Below are positions 41,132-50,529 of a stretch of DNA of 58,369 nt, in pieces (positions within the stretch are counted from its first letter, which is position 1; every line of letters starts with the position of its first letter). The translations under genes and the position numbers were made by a program. The notes below the pieces were generated by a model. That model saw only the letters and a program-made list of their open reading frames with translations. It searched no databases and was not told the DNA's origin. This DNA comes from a virus. Taxonomy: Duplodnaviria > Caudoviricetes. The stretch covers positions 1-58,369 of the IMG/VR virus record IMGVR_UViG_3300009160_000050. The stretch is one strand, 5' to 3'.

Positions 41132-42805
41132 GTGGCTGACAACAAATATAAAGTATCCAGTGAATTTTTAGATGCATGGTCGAAGAATTCTGCAGAAAGA
41201 TTAGCAGAGGCAAAGGCACGCGTTGATGCCTACTCTGTTGCATATTCAGCTGCAAGTAAATTAGTCGATGATTATATTAAGGCTACTCCTGGAGATGCTG
41301 CAGAAAGAGCTAGATTTGATGCACAATATACCCCAACTGGTACAGGTATTGATTTTGATAGAAGTGGAATTCGATTAGAACCACTTGTCAACAAAATTAA
41401 GGACTGGAACGGAAGTTTATTACCGACTAAGGACTTAAAATCAAATCGGGGTGCAAATACATGGTACGCAAAGCTTCAAGCGCTAATTGCAAAGTCGCCA
41501 GATGATATTTTTGCAGCAGATGCTCAACTGATTCGTGCAAAAACATTAGCCATTACTCCACCTTTTACGGGTGACCTTGATGAAGATGCGTTCGACGCAC
41601 TAGAATTAGAAAATACCCAAATTGATAATATCATGCCTGTTGGGTTTTTGGTTAATGAATACAATGCCTTTAATAAGAGTACGCCAGCTACTTCTACTTC
41701 TGAGCCGGTAAATGAAGCAAAGCCAGCTGAACCTACTCCAGCTGCTTCTCCGATCAATGCTGCAGAAAAGGGAGAAAAACCAAAAGCTGCTTCGACTTTA
41801 AATCCAGAAAAAGAAAGTGCAACTCCAGTTGAGGCAACTACTGGCACAGTAACTACCGCAAAACCAGAAGTTCCAAAGGAGGTGACTCCAGTCAAACCAG
41901 AAACTGGAACTACTGTAAATGTAACAGTTGCTCCAACTCAGCCGGCCGCTCCATCAGCCGAGCCAACGCCAACTGCTCCGGCTACTCAATCTACACCAAC
42001 GACACCGCCTGCTGCATCGCCAATTAATGCTGAAGCTAAAAAAGAAGAAAAAGTTGGTGGAGTAAATAATACTTTTCTTACTAAATTATTAGGTAAGGAA
42101 AATGTAGAAAAACTTGCAAGTAATACGTCAACCTTAAATGAAAGTAATGCGAGTTCTGCTATAGAAAAATCAAAGGAAACTATACAGAGCACAACGTCGA
42201 CTAACGAATTAAATAAAGAAACTAATACTTCTTCGGTCACTTCAACTACTTCAACTCTTAATCCAGCTGATGTCGCTAAAGCTAAGCCAAAGATGGACAT
42301 GACGGCTCTTACTAGATTACTAGGTAAAGATAATGTAGATAAGCTTACAAATACTACTTCTGAAAAAATAAGCTCATCTGTTGTAAATGAAACAAAGAAG
42401 GTTGACGAAATAACAAAATCAGCTGAGTCCATTGCAGCCGGAGAAACTGGTAAAATTGGCGGAGTAACTGCCGAGCTTGGCGCACCGACTCTACCTAAAG
42501 AAACCAAGACTTCTACTGAAATTACAAAAACTGCACCTACTCTGCCTGCTGCTCCAAAACCTGCTGAGAAAAAAGCTGAATTGGAAAAAACTCAGCCCAT
42601 GACTGCCTCTAAATCAGACGCAGTTAGTCTTACTGAAAGTAAAGAAACAAAGGGAGAAGCAGCAAGTGAAAGTATGGGACCTGCCTCCGCTGAACAAGGT
42701 GCGTCGGCAACGACAAATGTAGATTTTTCAGGAGTTGAATCTCGTCTTGCTCGAATCGAAATGCTCCTATCTGGACCACTTGACGTAAAAATTATTGAAT
42801 CATGA
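41132..42805 (+). CDS. Low-complexity Pro/Thr/Ala/Lys-rich virion protein (tape-measure/hub-associated candidate)
   Basis: GTG start after ATAAATA. Follows the gp26/gp51-like pair. Internal repeats. Short helical C-terminus. Confidence 0.45.
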   Translation: MADNKYKVSSEFLDAWSKNSAERLAEAKARVDAYSVAYSAASKLVDDYIKATPGDAAERARFDAQYTPTGTGIDFDRSGIRLEPLVNKIKDWNGSLLPTKDLKSNRGANTWYAKLQALIAKSPDDIFAADAQLIRAKTLAITPPFTGDLDEDAFDALELENTQIDNIMPVGFLVNEYNAFNKSTPATSTSEPVNEAKPAEPTPAASPINAAEKGEKPKAASTLNPEKESATPVEATTGTVTTAKPEVPKEVTPVKPETGTTVNVTVAPTQPAAPSAEPTPTAPATQSTPTTPPAASPINAEAKKEEKVGGVNNTFLTKLLGKENVEKLASNTSTLNESNASSAIEKSKETIQSTTSTNELNKETNTSSVTSTTSTLNPADVAKAKPKMDMTALTRLLGKDNVDKLTNTTSEKISSSVVNETKKVDEITKSAESIAAGETGKIGGVTAELGAPTLPKETKTSTEITKTAPTLPAAPKPAEKKAELEKTQPMTASKSDAVSLTESKETKGEAASESMGPASAEQGASATTNVDFSGVESRLARIEMLLSGPLDVKIIES

Positions 42806-43041
42806 TAACTGACTATTCAGACCAACTAAAAAATGTGTATTTAAAGTATAATCAATTACATAACGAACTTTCAACTCTAGAAAAACTTGCACAGGATCTG
42901 TCAAACAAACAGACTATGTTAAGTCAAGAATTAGATGATAATCGAAAGACTGAGAAATTCTTAATAAATAAGATAGAAGAATCAATTAATCGAAAGATTA
43001 CTCAAGAAGATCTTATGCAAATAATTAATATTAATGAATAA
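42802..43041 (+). CDS. Small coiled-coil protein
   Basis: 79 aa heptads. ATGA overlap. Confidence 0.6.
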   Translation: MITDYSDQLKNVYLKYNQLHNELSTLEKLAQDLSNKQTMLSQELDDNRKTEKFLINKIEESINRKITQEDLMQIININE

Positions 43042-43450
43042 AGACAAACTCTACTTAATACTAATCAGTATTTTGTTGCTAACCACGTTAATTTTTGGTT
43101 ACAAATGGTTCTATAGCGGTAACTCTGCATCAAAAGAAAGAGTTAAACAGCTTGAAACTGAATTTAAAGAACTAGAAGAAAAGAAGAAAGCTAGTGATGC
43201 TCGAATAAAATATTGGGAGACTCATTTTGCTGCACTGCAAGCAAAATCAGATTCTCTTAAAGCTGAAATTGATGCTCTTGAGAGAAAAACTAAAGTCGCG
43301 GAAGCTGAAGCTAAGAAATCAAAAGCACGATTTGAAGAATTAAGCAAAGAACTTGCTAAAACTCGTCATAATATCGAAGAGTTCAAAAAGAATCCTCCTA
43401 ACCGAACTGGAGACCTTCTACTTGAATCTTTAAAAAATAAAACCAAATAA
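43034..43450 (+). CDS. i-spanin-like protein (N-terminal TM + coiled coil)
   Basis: LYLILISILLLTTLIFGY followed by a long coiled coil. Confidence 0.45.
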   Translation: MNKDKLYLILISILLLTTLIFGYKWFYSGNSASKERVKQLETEFKELEEKKKASDARIKYWETHFAALQAKSDSLKAEIDALERKTKVAEAEAKKSKARFEELSKELAKTRHNIEEFKKNPPNRTGDLLLESLKNKTK

Positions 43451-43451
43451 A

Positions 43452-43967
43452 ATGAAAGTAAGCAAAATAGCAATATTCTTCCTATTTATTGTAACTCTAT
43501 TTAGTTCTTCAAGCTTTGCGCAAACACTAGATTATCCAAGATATGAAGTAGATTCGCTTGGGCAAAAAGTTATAGTTATGACAATTGAACAAGCAATGAA
43601 ATTAGATAATAATTCTGAACTCCTAACTCTATTTGAAAAATTAAATTCGCAATTAGGAGAGTATGATAGTGCCTGTATTAAAGTAATAAACGATAAAGAA
43701 AAAGTAATTAGCATACAAACGGTTGAAATTGCAAAATTAAAAGAATCATTAAACACAAAGGACGAGCAAATCGCTTCTTTACAGCATAGAATTGCAGAAT
43801 ATATTGTCAATGTTGGAATTTTACAAGATCAAGTAAAAAATAGAGAAGGCGTAATTTCCGAAAAGGACAAACAAATAAGAGGACTTAAAATTAAAATGAT
43901 GGTCACTGGAATCGGCGGCGGTGCTGCAATTATTGGAGCGATTTTAGGTCTAATCTTCATACATTAA
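43452..43967 (+). CDS. Exported coiled-coil protein with C-terminal TM (spanin partner candidate)
   Basis: Signal peptide ending SFA-Q, coiled coil, C-terminal GIGGGAAIIGAILGLIFIH. Confidence 0.45.
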   Translation: MKVSKIAIFFLFIVTLFSSSSFAQTLDYPRYEVDSLGQKVIVMTIEQAMKLDNNSELLTLFEKLNSQLGEYDSACIKVINDKEKVISIQTVEIAKLKESLNTKDEQIASLQHRIAEYIVNVGILQDQVKNREGVISEKDKQIRGLKIKMMVTGIGGGAAIIGAILGLIFIH

Positions 43968-43982
43968 AAGAATAGTTAATAA

Positions 43983-45959
43983 ATGAGACAAAGTAGATTT
44001 GTAAGTCTAAGTTCATATTGCATAGCTGAATATATGTTTGACCCATTAGGGTCATTGGATTTCTATACTGATTCGTTCGTATTACTCCAAAACAATCATG
44101 TAGATGCGCATCAAATTTTTAATATTGATGGCTCATACAGCTCAACAAAGAATATTCAGGATTTAACAGCCGTTCCTATTTCAAATAACACGTATGCATA
44201 CTTAGATAGCGAAAAAACGCCAAACTATTTAGTATATGATTCAGAAATTACTCAAACTCCAATTTCTGGATACAATGTTGTGATGGACAAGGTAAGGTTT
44301 CATTTTGTTTCAGGTTTTGAGCTTGACAATTTTAAAGCCCTAATTCTTAGTGTTAAGCACACTGAAAATGATGGTAAAAACAATTTATTTGCCAGTATTT
44401 TACTTGCACCAGAAACGAGTGCGCAATTGATTAGTTACAATCCAAAACCTCTTTTCTTAAGTAATGCTCTATATGATCGATATATCGATATTTTAGTTCC
44501 ATCAATTAAGAATATTAATGAGGAGTATAAAACTGCGCCAGTGCCTTCTGCGACCTTTGTTGCTGCAATCACACCAAACGCAGTAAACTCAACTGGATTC
44601 ATTTATAATAACCAAATTTCAATCGGCTTAGCTGAATGCGGCAAGCGAAATACTCTGTATACAAATATTGGTCAGACGTATGATACTTTTGAGGTAAGCG
44701 AATATTATGAAGCCCCTCTTTCACAGAGTAACGAATTTGACAATGTCGGTGCGTATATTGATGAAGCAACAGATGGAGATTTTATTGAGTTCTATTTAAC
44801 ATTTAATGCTGGTTTTCCAGCAGATCTTATTGGAATCCTAAATGCTAGAAATCCTTCAGATGACTGGATTATCATTCACCAAATCAGCGTATTCGAACAA
44901 ATTGGCACAAGTTTCAATAATACCTCAAGATTTGTATTCTTCCAAGAAGATAGGTTCGATGAACCGAATACATTTAGACCAGTGTTAAGAAATGCAAATG
45001 AAGCAGTAAGCATGTCAGTTGATTACCTTGCTCGATTAACTAATCGCCGTAATGGTGAACAAATTATTCGAGAAGCTTCTTTTTCGCTAGTGTCACCAAA
45101 GAAATACGGTAAGAAATTAATAACTATTCCTTTATTAGATAAACCGCAGTCTCAGAAAATCTACAATAAAATTATTAAGAAGAATTTTGAAGCAACCAAA
45201 TTATTCATTGAACCGACCTTAAATCCATCAGGTTCACCAGTTAATCCAAACCAGGTAGCAACCGTTGTTCGGACTGAATACGTTCCAATTTTCTTCAATA
45301 ATAGCAGTATTTCTATCTCAAATGTAAGTTCTTTAATGAAGGTTAAAGATTCAATGGAAGAAGTAATCTTTTCACAAGGAAAGCTTAGATTTATCCTTTC
45401 GCCGTTTGACAATATAATTAAGCTAAAGGTTTATACTACAAACAGTTCAAGTGATAAGATGACACTTGCTCCACTGGACTTAAATGTAAACTCAGCAAAA
45501 TATCGCCTTGTTTTTGAAACGAATAGTGGAAAAGTCTCAGTCACTAACTTAAACGATGCCAAGATTGAAAACCTTTCTACTGGTGTACTTGGATTCAAGG
45601 TTTCTAAAAAGGATAGTAGCGCTGTTCTTGCGTCAACTACAAAAACAGTATATTTAGTTTCAGTAGGTCAAGATGGTACCGAAACCTTAATTTATACTGG
45701 AGAATGGAGAAAGCCGACTGAACAGGCTGATGTGGATGCGGCAATTGCTGCAGTAAAAGTAGAAGCCAACCAGGCTAGCCAGACACAGTCTATTCTTGCA
45801 GGAATCAAGCAAAATATTTCTATCTCCGAGGTGACAGGATTAGTTAAACCATTAACTGCTATTAAAACAACGGCAGTCGTTCCAATATCTAATAAATTTG
45901 GAGTAAGTAAACCAAAATCAGTATCTGTGAATTCGACTAACGCAGGGAATGGCGTATAA
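43983..45959 (+). CDS. Putative virion structural protein
   Basis: 658 aa beta-rich ORF in the late region. No recognised motif. Confidence 0.45.
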   Translation: MRQSRFVSLSSYCIAEYMFDPLGSLDFYTDSFVLLQNNHVDAHQIFNIDGSYSSTKNIQDLTAVPISNNTYAYLDSEKTPNYLVYDSEITQTPISGYNVVMDKVRFHFVSGFELDNFKALILSVKHTENDGKNNLFASILLAPETSAQLISYNPKPLFLSNALYDRYIDILVPSIKNINEEYKTAPVPSATFVAAITPNAVNSTGFIYNNQISIGLAECGKRNTLYTNIGQTYDTFEVSEYYEAPLSQSNEFDNVGAYIDEATDGDFIEFYLTFNAGFPADLIGILNARNPSDDWIIIHQISVFEQIGTSFNNTSRFVFFQEDRFDEPNTFRPVLRNANEAVSMSVDYLARLTNRRNGEQIIREASFSLVSPKKYGKKLITIPLLDKPQSQKIYNKIIKKNFEATKLFIEPTLNPSGSPVNPNQVATVVRTEYVPIFFNNSSISISNVSSLMKVKDSMEEVIFSQGKLRFILSPFDNIIKLKVYTTNSSSDKMTLAPLDLNVNSAKYRLVFETNSGKVSVTNLNDAKIENLSTGVLGFKVSKKDSSAVLASTTKTVYLVSVGQDGTETLIYTGEWRKPTEQADVDAAIAAVKVEANQASQTQSILAGIKQNISISEVTGLVKPLTAIKTTAVVPISNKFGVSKPKSVSVNSTNAGNGV

Positions 45960-46027
45960 TAGCAGTAAGAAATTACGAATATTTAAACAGGATAGCAGAT
46001 AAATAAAATAAAATAAATCATTACGAA

Positions 46028-47617
46028 ATGAATGAATTAGTGCAAAGAATACTAGGTGAGCTTAATAACAATCCAGCATTGCGTTCTCAACCTCTAGTAA
46101 AAATTCTAGCCGAGTCGACTACTAAATCTATTGAATTGGGTGAAAATCCAGCCCATATTTATAATGGTCTTAAAAGCGGTCTAGTTTCAATCAATGAAAG
46201 CCTTAATGATTCTAACTTAACGGCAATAATTCAAAACTTGGATACTGTTGCTAAAACACCAGAAGCAAAAGTTGAAAAAATTGCAAAAGCAGTAAATCTT
46301 AGCTCAAAAATTGATGCTATTAAAGAATCTAACGCTTATGCTAATCCTATTGTTAAAACAAAAGTTGATTCATTTAATGATACGTTAAATCGCGGAGCAT
46401 TAGACTTTGCATTATGCGAATCATTTATCAAAACTTTCAGTCAATATGGATATGATTCAGTTATCAAAACTGCAGTAGAACAAGTTAATACTTATCTTTC
46501 TGAAAATCAATCTACTCTAGCAGTATTAAACACTATTTACAGAATGGATTCTATGGGATCTCCTATGTATGCTGGTGTAAGTTCAGACTTAAAAAACATG
46601 TTAATTACTGAAAGCTATAGTGCAGACGTTGTTAAAGTGAAATACGGAACATCTGTTCCACTAGTTACAGAATTAGTAAATACTTTAAGTATTATTGAAT
46701 CTGCAAATACTGGAAACTTTACACTTGGTGAAGGTAACTACGATACTAAAGTAACTAATTTAATTACTCCAGCTTTAAAAACAGCAGACGGATTATTACT
46801 TTATACTGACAATCGTTTCTTATCAATTCGCGAGTCAAAAGGATTACTTGGAAACGAATCTAAAGTTCATGTAGACGGAGCATTTAAAATTGCTGATGTT
46901 GATCCTAATTATGTAAGAACAACATATGGTAATTTCTATGATGTGTGTGAAGCCTATGCAACATTAGGATTTGCAAAATCAGAAGACGGTCTTGGCGTAG
47001 AATCTAAGTCAATCAGAAACTTTACACTTGGTTTCAAATTAAACGAAGAAAAAGGAGTTGATCTTTATATTAATAATACTAAGATCGGAACGCCGGCTTC
47101 AGTTAACGTATCCGAAGCTCTTGCGCTAGAACCAAATATCACTAAAGCAAAAGTTGCTAAAATCGTTGAAAATACTAACTCTTTGTTCAATTTTGAATTT
47201 ATTAAAGAGATTACAAATGAAAGAATATTAAGCGAAGCTACTTTAGTGAAATTAAATGACTCTTACTTTATTTGTGAAAAAGTAAATTCTGCAGATCGCG
47301 TTTGGAATCAAGTTAATGAATTTGAATTATATGAATTCTTTAAAAACAAATTCGGATATGATGTTAGCCCTATTTTCAAAACTAAAATCGAAGAATCAGT
47401 TGCTGGATTAAAGAAAATCGAAGAAAGTAAAAAGGTAATACTTACAGATATCACAAAACTTGAAGGATCAGTTACTAAATTAACAGAAGCAGTTAATGTA
47501 TCTGGAATAGAAGTATCTGAAATTAAGAAACTAGAATCAATTAAAGAATCTATCGAAGCTACAATCAATAAACTTAAACAAGATTATATTGCTCTTGACC
47601 TTTCAAAAAAAAAGTAA
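46028..47617 (+). CDS. Prohead core/scaffold-like protein
   Basis: Many (I/L/V)xE(S/A) motifs (INES, IKES, LCES, ITES, IIES, IRES, VSEA, LSEA, IEES, LTEA) resembling T4 prohead-protease sites. Late promoter. C-terminal coiled coil. Confidence 0.55.
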   Translation: MNELVQRILGELNNNPALRSQPLVKILAESTTKSIELGENPAHIYNGLKSGLVSINESLNDSNLTAIIQNLDTVAKTPEAKVEKIAKAVNLSSKIDAIKESNAYANPIVKTKVDSFNDTLNRGALDFALCESFIKTFSQYGYDSVIKTAVEQVNTYLSENQSTLAVLNTIYRMDSMGSPMYAGVSSDLKNMLITESYSADVVKVKYGTSVPLVTELVNTLSIIESANTGNFTLGEGNYDTKVTNLITPALKTADGLLLYTDNRFLSIRESKGLLGNESKVHVDGAFKIADVDPNYVRTTYGNFYDVCEAYATLGFAKSEDGLGVESKSIRNFTLGFKLNEEKGVDLYINNTKIGTPASVNVSEALALEPNITKAKVAKIVENTNSLFNFEFIKEITNERILSEATLVKLNDSYFICEKVNSADRVWNQVNEFELYEFFKNKFGYDVSPIFKTKIEESVAGLKKIEESKKVILTDITKLEGSVTKLTEAVNVSGIEVSEIKKLESIKESIEATINKLKQDYIALDLSKKK

Positions 47618-47859
47618 TTAGTCTAACTGAATCTAAAAGCAAATTTAACGTCGGAGACCCAGTTGAAGTAAAAGGAAAAATAGGTAAGGTAACTGCAGCT
47701 AATGGAATTACACAAGATTACTTGGTAATGATAGGATTTAAAAACGAACGGTATAAAGAGTCTGAATTAAGTAAACCTACACCAGCTAAAAAAGATACAA
47801 AGAAGAAAGATCTTACTCGAAAGAAGAGACCTAAGGAAAACTCAAATAATATTTCATAA
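47614..47859 (+). CDS. Start-less -1 frame extension of the scaffold-like protein (81 aa; SH3-like + Lys-rich tail)
   Basis: After A9G: VISLTESKSKFNVGDPVEVKGKIGKVTAANGITQDYLVMIGFKNERYKESELSKPTPAKKDTKKK...NIS*. The frame is closed by TGA at 47596-47598. Confidence 0.7.
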   Translation, partial: VISLTESKSKFNVGDPVEVKGKIGKVTAANGITQDYLVMIGFKNERYKESELSKPTPAKKDTKKKDLTRKKRPKENSNNIS

Positions 47860-47866
47860 CACTAAG

Positions 47867-47891
47867 AAAAGGAGCATTTTGCTCCTTTTTT
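47867..47891 (+). terminator. Rho-independent terminator
   Basis: AAAAGGAGC-ATTTT-GCTCCTTTTTT, 7 nt after the -1 frame stop. Confidence 0.85.
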
Positions 47892-47944
47892 ATTTTATTT
47901 GGCCCAGAATCTTAGTATAGTATTCCTAAACAAATTCATATACT

Positions 47945-48187
47945 ATGACAAAAACTGTGAAAGTCGGGCCAATTCAACGCCGCAAAAATGACACTGCTAT
48001 TACTGCAGTAATTCGTAAACAAGTTAACAAAATGAAGCTTGGAGACTTCTTTGAAATTTCTGGTGTTGATCCAGAAACTGTGCAAAATCTTCGTTCCACT
48101 CTTTCTTACTTTTCAAAGAAAGACGGCTTCCGAGTTAAAACAAAACATTCTGGCGGAAAATTGACTATTGACCGTGTTAGAAAATAA
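47945..48187 (+). CDS. Small basic putative DNA-binding protein
   Basis: 80 aa. KMKLGDFFEI...LRSTLSYFSKK...FRVKT, winged-helix-like pattern. Confidence 0.5.
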   Translation: MTKTVKVGPIQRRKNDTAITAVIRKQVNKMKLGDFFEISGVDPETVQNLRSTLSYFSKKDGFRVKTKHSGGKLTIDRVRK

Positions 48188-48239
48188 TCAAAACTAATCC
48201 TGAGTCGACAGTACAATAATTAAACACTAAATTCAAAAT

Positions 48240-49067
48240 ATGGATACCAGAATAGACTTCAATACTGCAAAAAAGTTCGATCAAGTAGAATTAGTTGATT
48301 GGAAAACTAGATATGCAGACTTTAAATTTTACGTTAGAAAAGGCCTAAATGAGGTAAAATATAACGTTGGAACAAATGTTTCAAGAGGACCAAACAGTGG
48401 CGAGTATATTAAGCCATTTACTTCCAAGACCATGGGTCAGCCATTGAATATCAATGCAGTCCTTAACCAGTCAGATACCTGGTTAGATATCGGTGGCCAC
48501 TTAGGCTTCTTTTCGATTCGTATGGCAAAACAGTTTCCTAACATCAAAAAGGTAATTTCCTATGAAGCTTTACCGCATAATGTAAGCTTTGCATTGGAAA
48601 ATATCAAATTAAACAATGTTGAAGGAACTTGCGAGTTTGTACAAAAAGCCATCGTCCCAAATGAAGAAGAGTCAATTAGCTTCTTTATTTCTTCTGACTC
48701 TGGAAAACACTCAATCCTTCCTGTAAAAGGTCGTGAAAGTATTACTGTGCCTGCAATCAATATTAATGATGCAATTGCCCAAACTGGTGCAACTGCTATT
48801 AAAATGGACGTTGAAGGTGCTGAATACGAATTAATTAAGGCCGTAACTGACTGGTCAAATATCCGAGTAGTGGTAGTGGAATGGCACTTCAATGCTATGC
48901 GAACCATCACTAAGGACAAAAACTACCGAGTTACTCTTTTCCAAGAGATTATGGCAATCCTTGGCAAGAACTTCGACACTATTCGTCAATTGCCAAACGT
49001 TGAATACGGTAAAAACTTCATCACTCACTTTGTTGCTATCAAGACTGATGGTAAAGAGTCCGTATAA
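48240..49067 (+). CDS. FkbM-family SAM-dependent methyltransferase
   Basis: WLDIGGHLGFF, VISYEALPHN, IKMDVEGAEYELI, VVEWH. Confidence 0.85.
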   Translation: MDTRIDFNTAKKFDQVELVDWKTRYADFKFYVRKGLNEVKYNVGTNVSRGPNSGEYIKPFTSKTMGQPLNINAVLNQSDTWLDIGGHLGFFSIRMAKQFPNIKKVISYEALPHNVSFALENIKLNNVEGTCEFVQKAIVPNEEESISFFISSDSGKHSILPVKGRESITVPAININDAIAQTGATAIKMDVEGAEYELIKAVTDWSNIRVVVVEWHFNAMRTITKDKNYRVTLFQEIMAILGKNFDTIRQLPNVEYGKNFITHFVAIKTDGKESV

Positions 49068-49464
49068 TTTACTACAAGAAATATACCACGAGCATCCATG
49101 GAGGATGCTCGTGTGTTGTATCATGTTAAACTGTACTTCCCGCAAACAGGTGGATCAAGTACGAGAAAAGTTCTTTCGCAGATATCCAGATGCAGTAGAA
49201 GCAGAACGTGCAGATCCTACTGAAATGGCCGAAATTATTGCTCTTCTTGGATTTAAAAATAAACGTACTCAGACTATAATTCGTTTCTCGAGTGACTGGA
49301 TGACCCTAGATTGGTCTGAACCTAATGAATTATATGGAATAGGTAAGTACGGACAAGATTCCTGGGAGATATTCCAGAAGGGCAACCTGAACGTTGTACC
49401 TACTGATGGCGTATTAGATACTTACTTGGCCTGGGCCAGAACCCAACTTCAAAAAACAATATAA
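49048..49464 (+). CDS. MBD4-like HhH-GPD DNA glycosylase
   Basis: LLQE...PWRMLVCCIMLNCTSRKQV, LGFKNKR, HhH ELYGIGKYGQDSWEIF, PTD..L..Y..W. ATG at 49048 overlaps the methyltransferase end. Confidence 0.85.
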   Translation: MVKSPYNLLQEIYHEHPWRMLVCCIMLNCTSRKQVDQVREKFFRRYPDAVEAERADPTEMAEIIALLGFKNKRTQTIIRFSSDWMTLDWSEPNELYGIGKYGQDSWEIFQKGNLNVVPTDGVLDTYLAWARTQLQKTI

Positions 49465-49470
49465 GAATAT

Positions 49471-50529
49471 ATGAAATCACTATATGCATACTTTGGCTTA
49501 TTGAATTTACATACGATTGATTCTCCAGGCCATTCACTTTATCAAATTGGTCTAATGGATTCACTTCGTCAAACTTTTGGAATTGACCAATTTGATTTTT
49601 TCTCATATTACCCAGAAGACTTACAAAAGACTCATAGTGAATCTGGTTCGCGAATGTATCCTGCATCGCCGATCGGCAACATATTTGAGCGATATAAAGA
49701 TGAAATGGTTCACGATCATTTGATGTTAGATGAGACGCTCGCCAATATTACTGCCAAAAAATATAACCTGCTCTTTCTTAAAGCTAGATTTAGAAATCTT
49801 TCTACTTTACAGAAAAAATGGAAAGATGCTAAAGCATTTGAACTACTTATTGAAACTGCAATCCATGTCGGTTATACGAAAGATCAAATTATTATCCTAG
49901 ATACTGACCTTTCTCTGCCAGATTCTTTTTCTAGAAGGTATGGTGCTTCAGTAACTATTAGGATTCCTTCAATAGATTTTCCAGGAATATCCAACCGTTT
50001 CTTATTAGACTGTGTTAGCGTTCATACCGCTAACTATATTAGAGATAGAAATACAGTTTTTTATGGAAATATTGATACTTCAAGTTATAAAAGCGGAAAT
50101 TCAAAAAATGCAATTTTAGGAGAAGCTTTATCTTGGATCGCTAACTCTGAAAATAAGTTAATTATTATTAGCAAGCAGAAAGATTTAGACGAGTGGACTG
50201 ATACTGCAGATGGAATTTTACGAAATAATCGCGGGACTATATGGAATGCACTAGAATCAAGTTTAGTAATGCTCAATATTACTAAGGACAAATATGATAC
50301 TGTGCGCTTTATTCCAGCTAGAGTATATGAAGCAATGATCTTTGGCATGATTCCAGTCTCATATAATTTTAATTTCTTATGCGAAACATTTTCTTTTTCA
50401 AACATAGATGATTTAGTAGAAATTATTAAATATCTAAATGACTGTGAACCTGAAGATCAAAAGAAAGCATACATTCACTTTATCGATAATTATTGTAAAT
50501 ACATTAAAAGTTTAAACCAATGGAAATAG
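49471..50529 (+). CDS. GT-B fold glycosyltransferase-like protein
   Basis: ILDTD, TVFYGN, LVMLNITKDKY...FIPARVYEAMIFGMIPV, a C-terminal GT-B motif as in T4 BGT/CgeB-like enzymes. Confidence 0.55.
   Translation: MKSLYAYFGLLNLHTIDSPGHSLYQIGLMDSLRQTFGIDQFDFFSYYPEDLQKTHSESGSRMYPASPIGNIFERYKDEMVHDHLMLDETLANITAKKYNLLFLKARFRNLSTLQKKWKDAKAFELLIETAIHVGYTKDQIIILDTDLSLPDSFSRRYGASVTIRIPSIDFPGISNRFLLDCVSVHTANYIRDRNTVFYGNIDTSSYKSGNSKNAILGEALSWIANSENKLIIISKQKDLDEWTDTADGILRNNRGTIWNALESSLVMLNITKDKYDTVRFIPARVYEAMIFGMIPVSYNFNFLCETFSFSNIDDLVEIIKYLNDCEPEDQKKAYIHFIDNYCKYIKSLNQWK

Noticed and set aside
48892-49047. N-terminal extension of the glycosylase ORF
   Set aside because: It lies inside the methyltransferase gene. 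Family similarity starts after ATG 49048.
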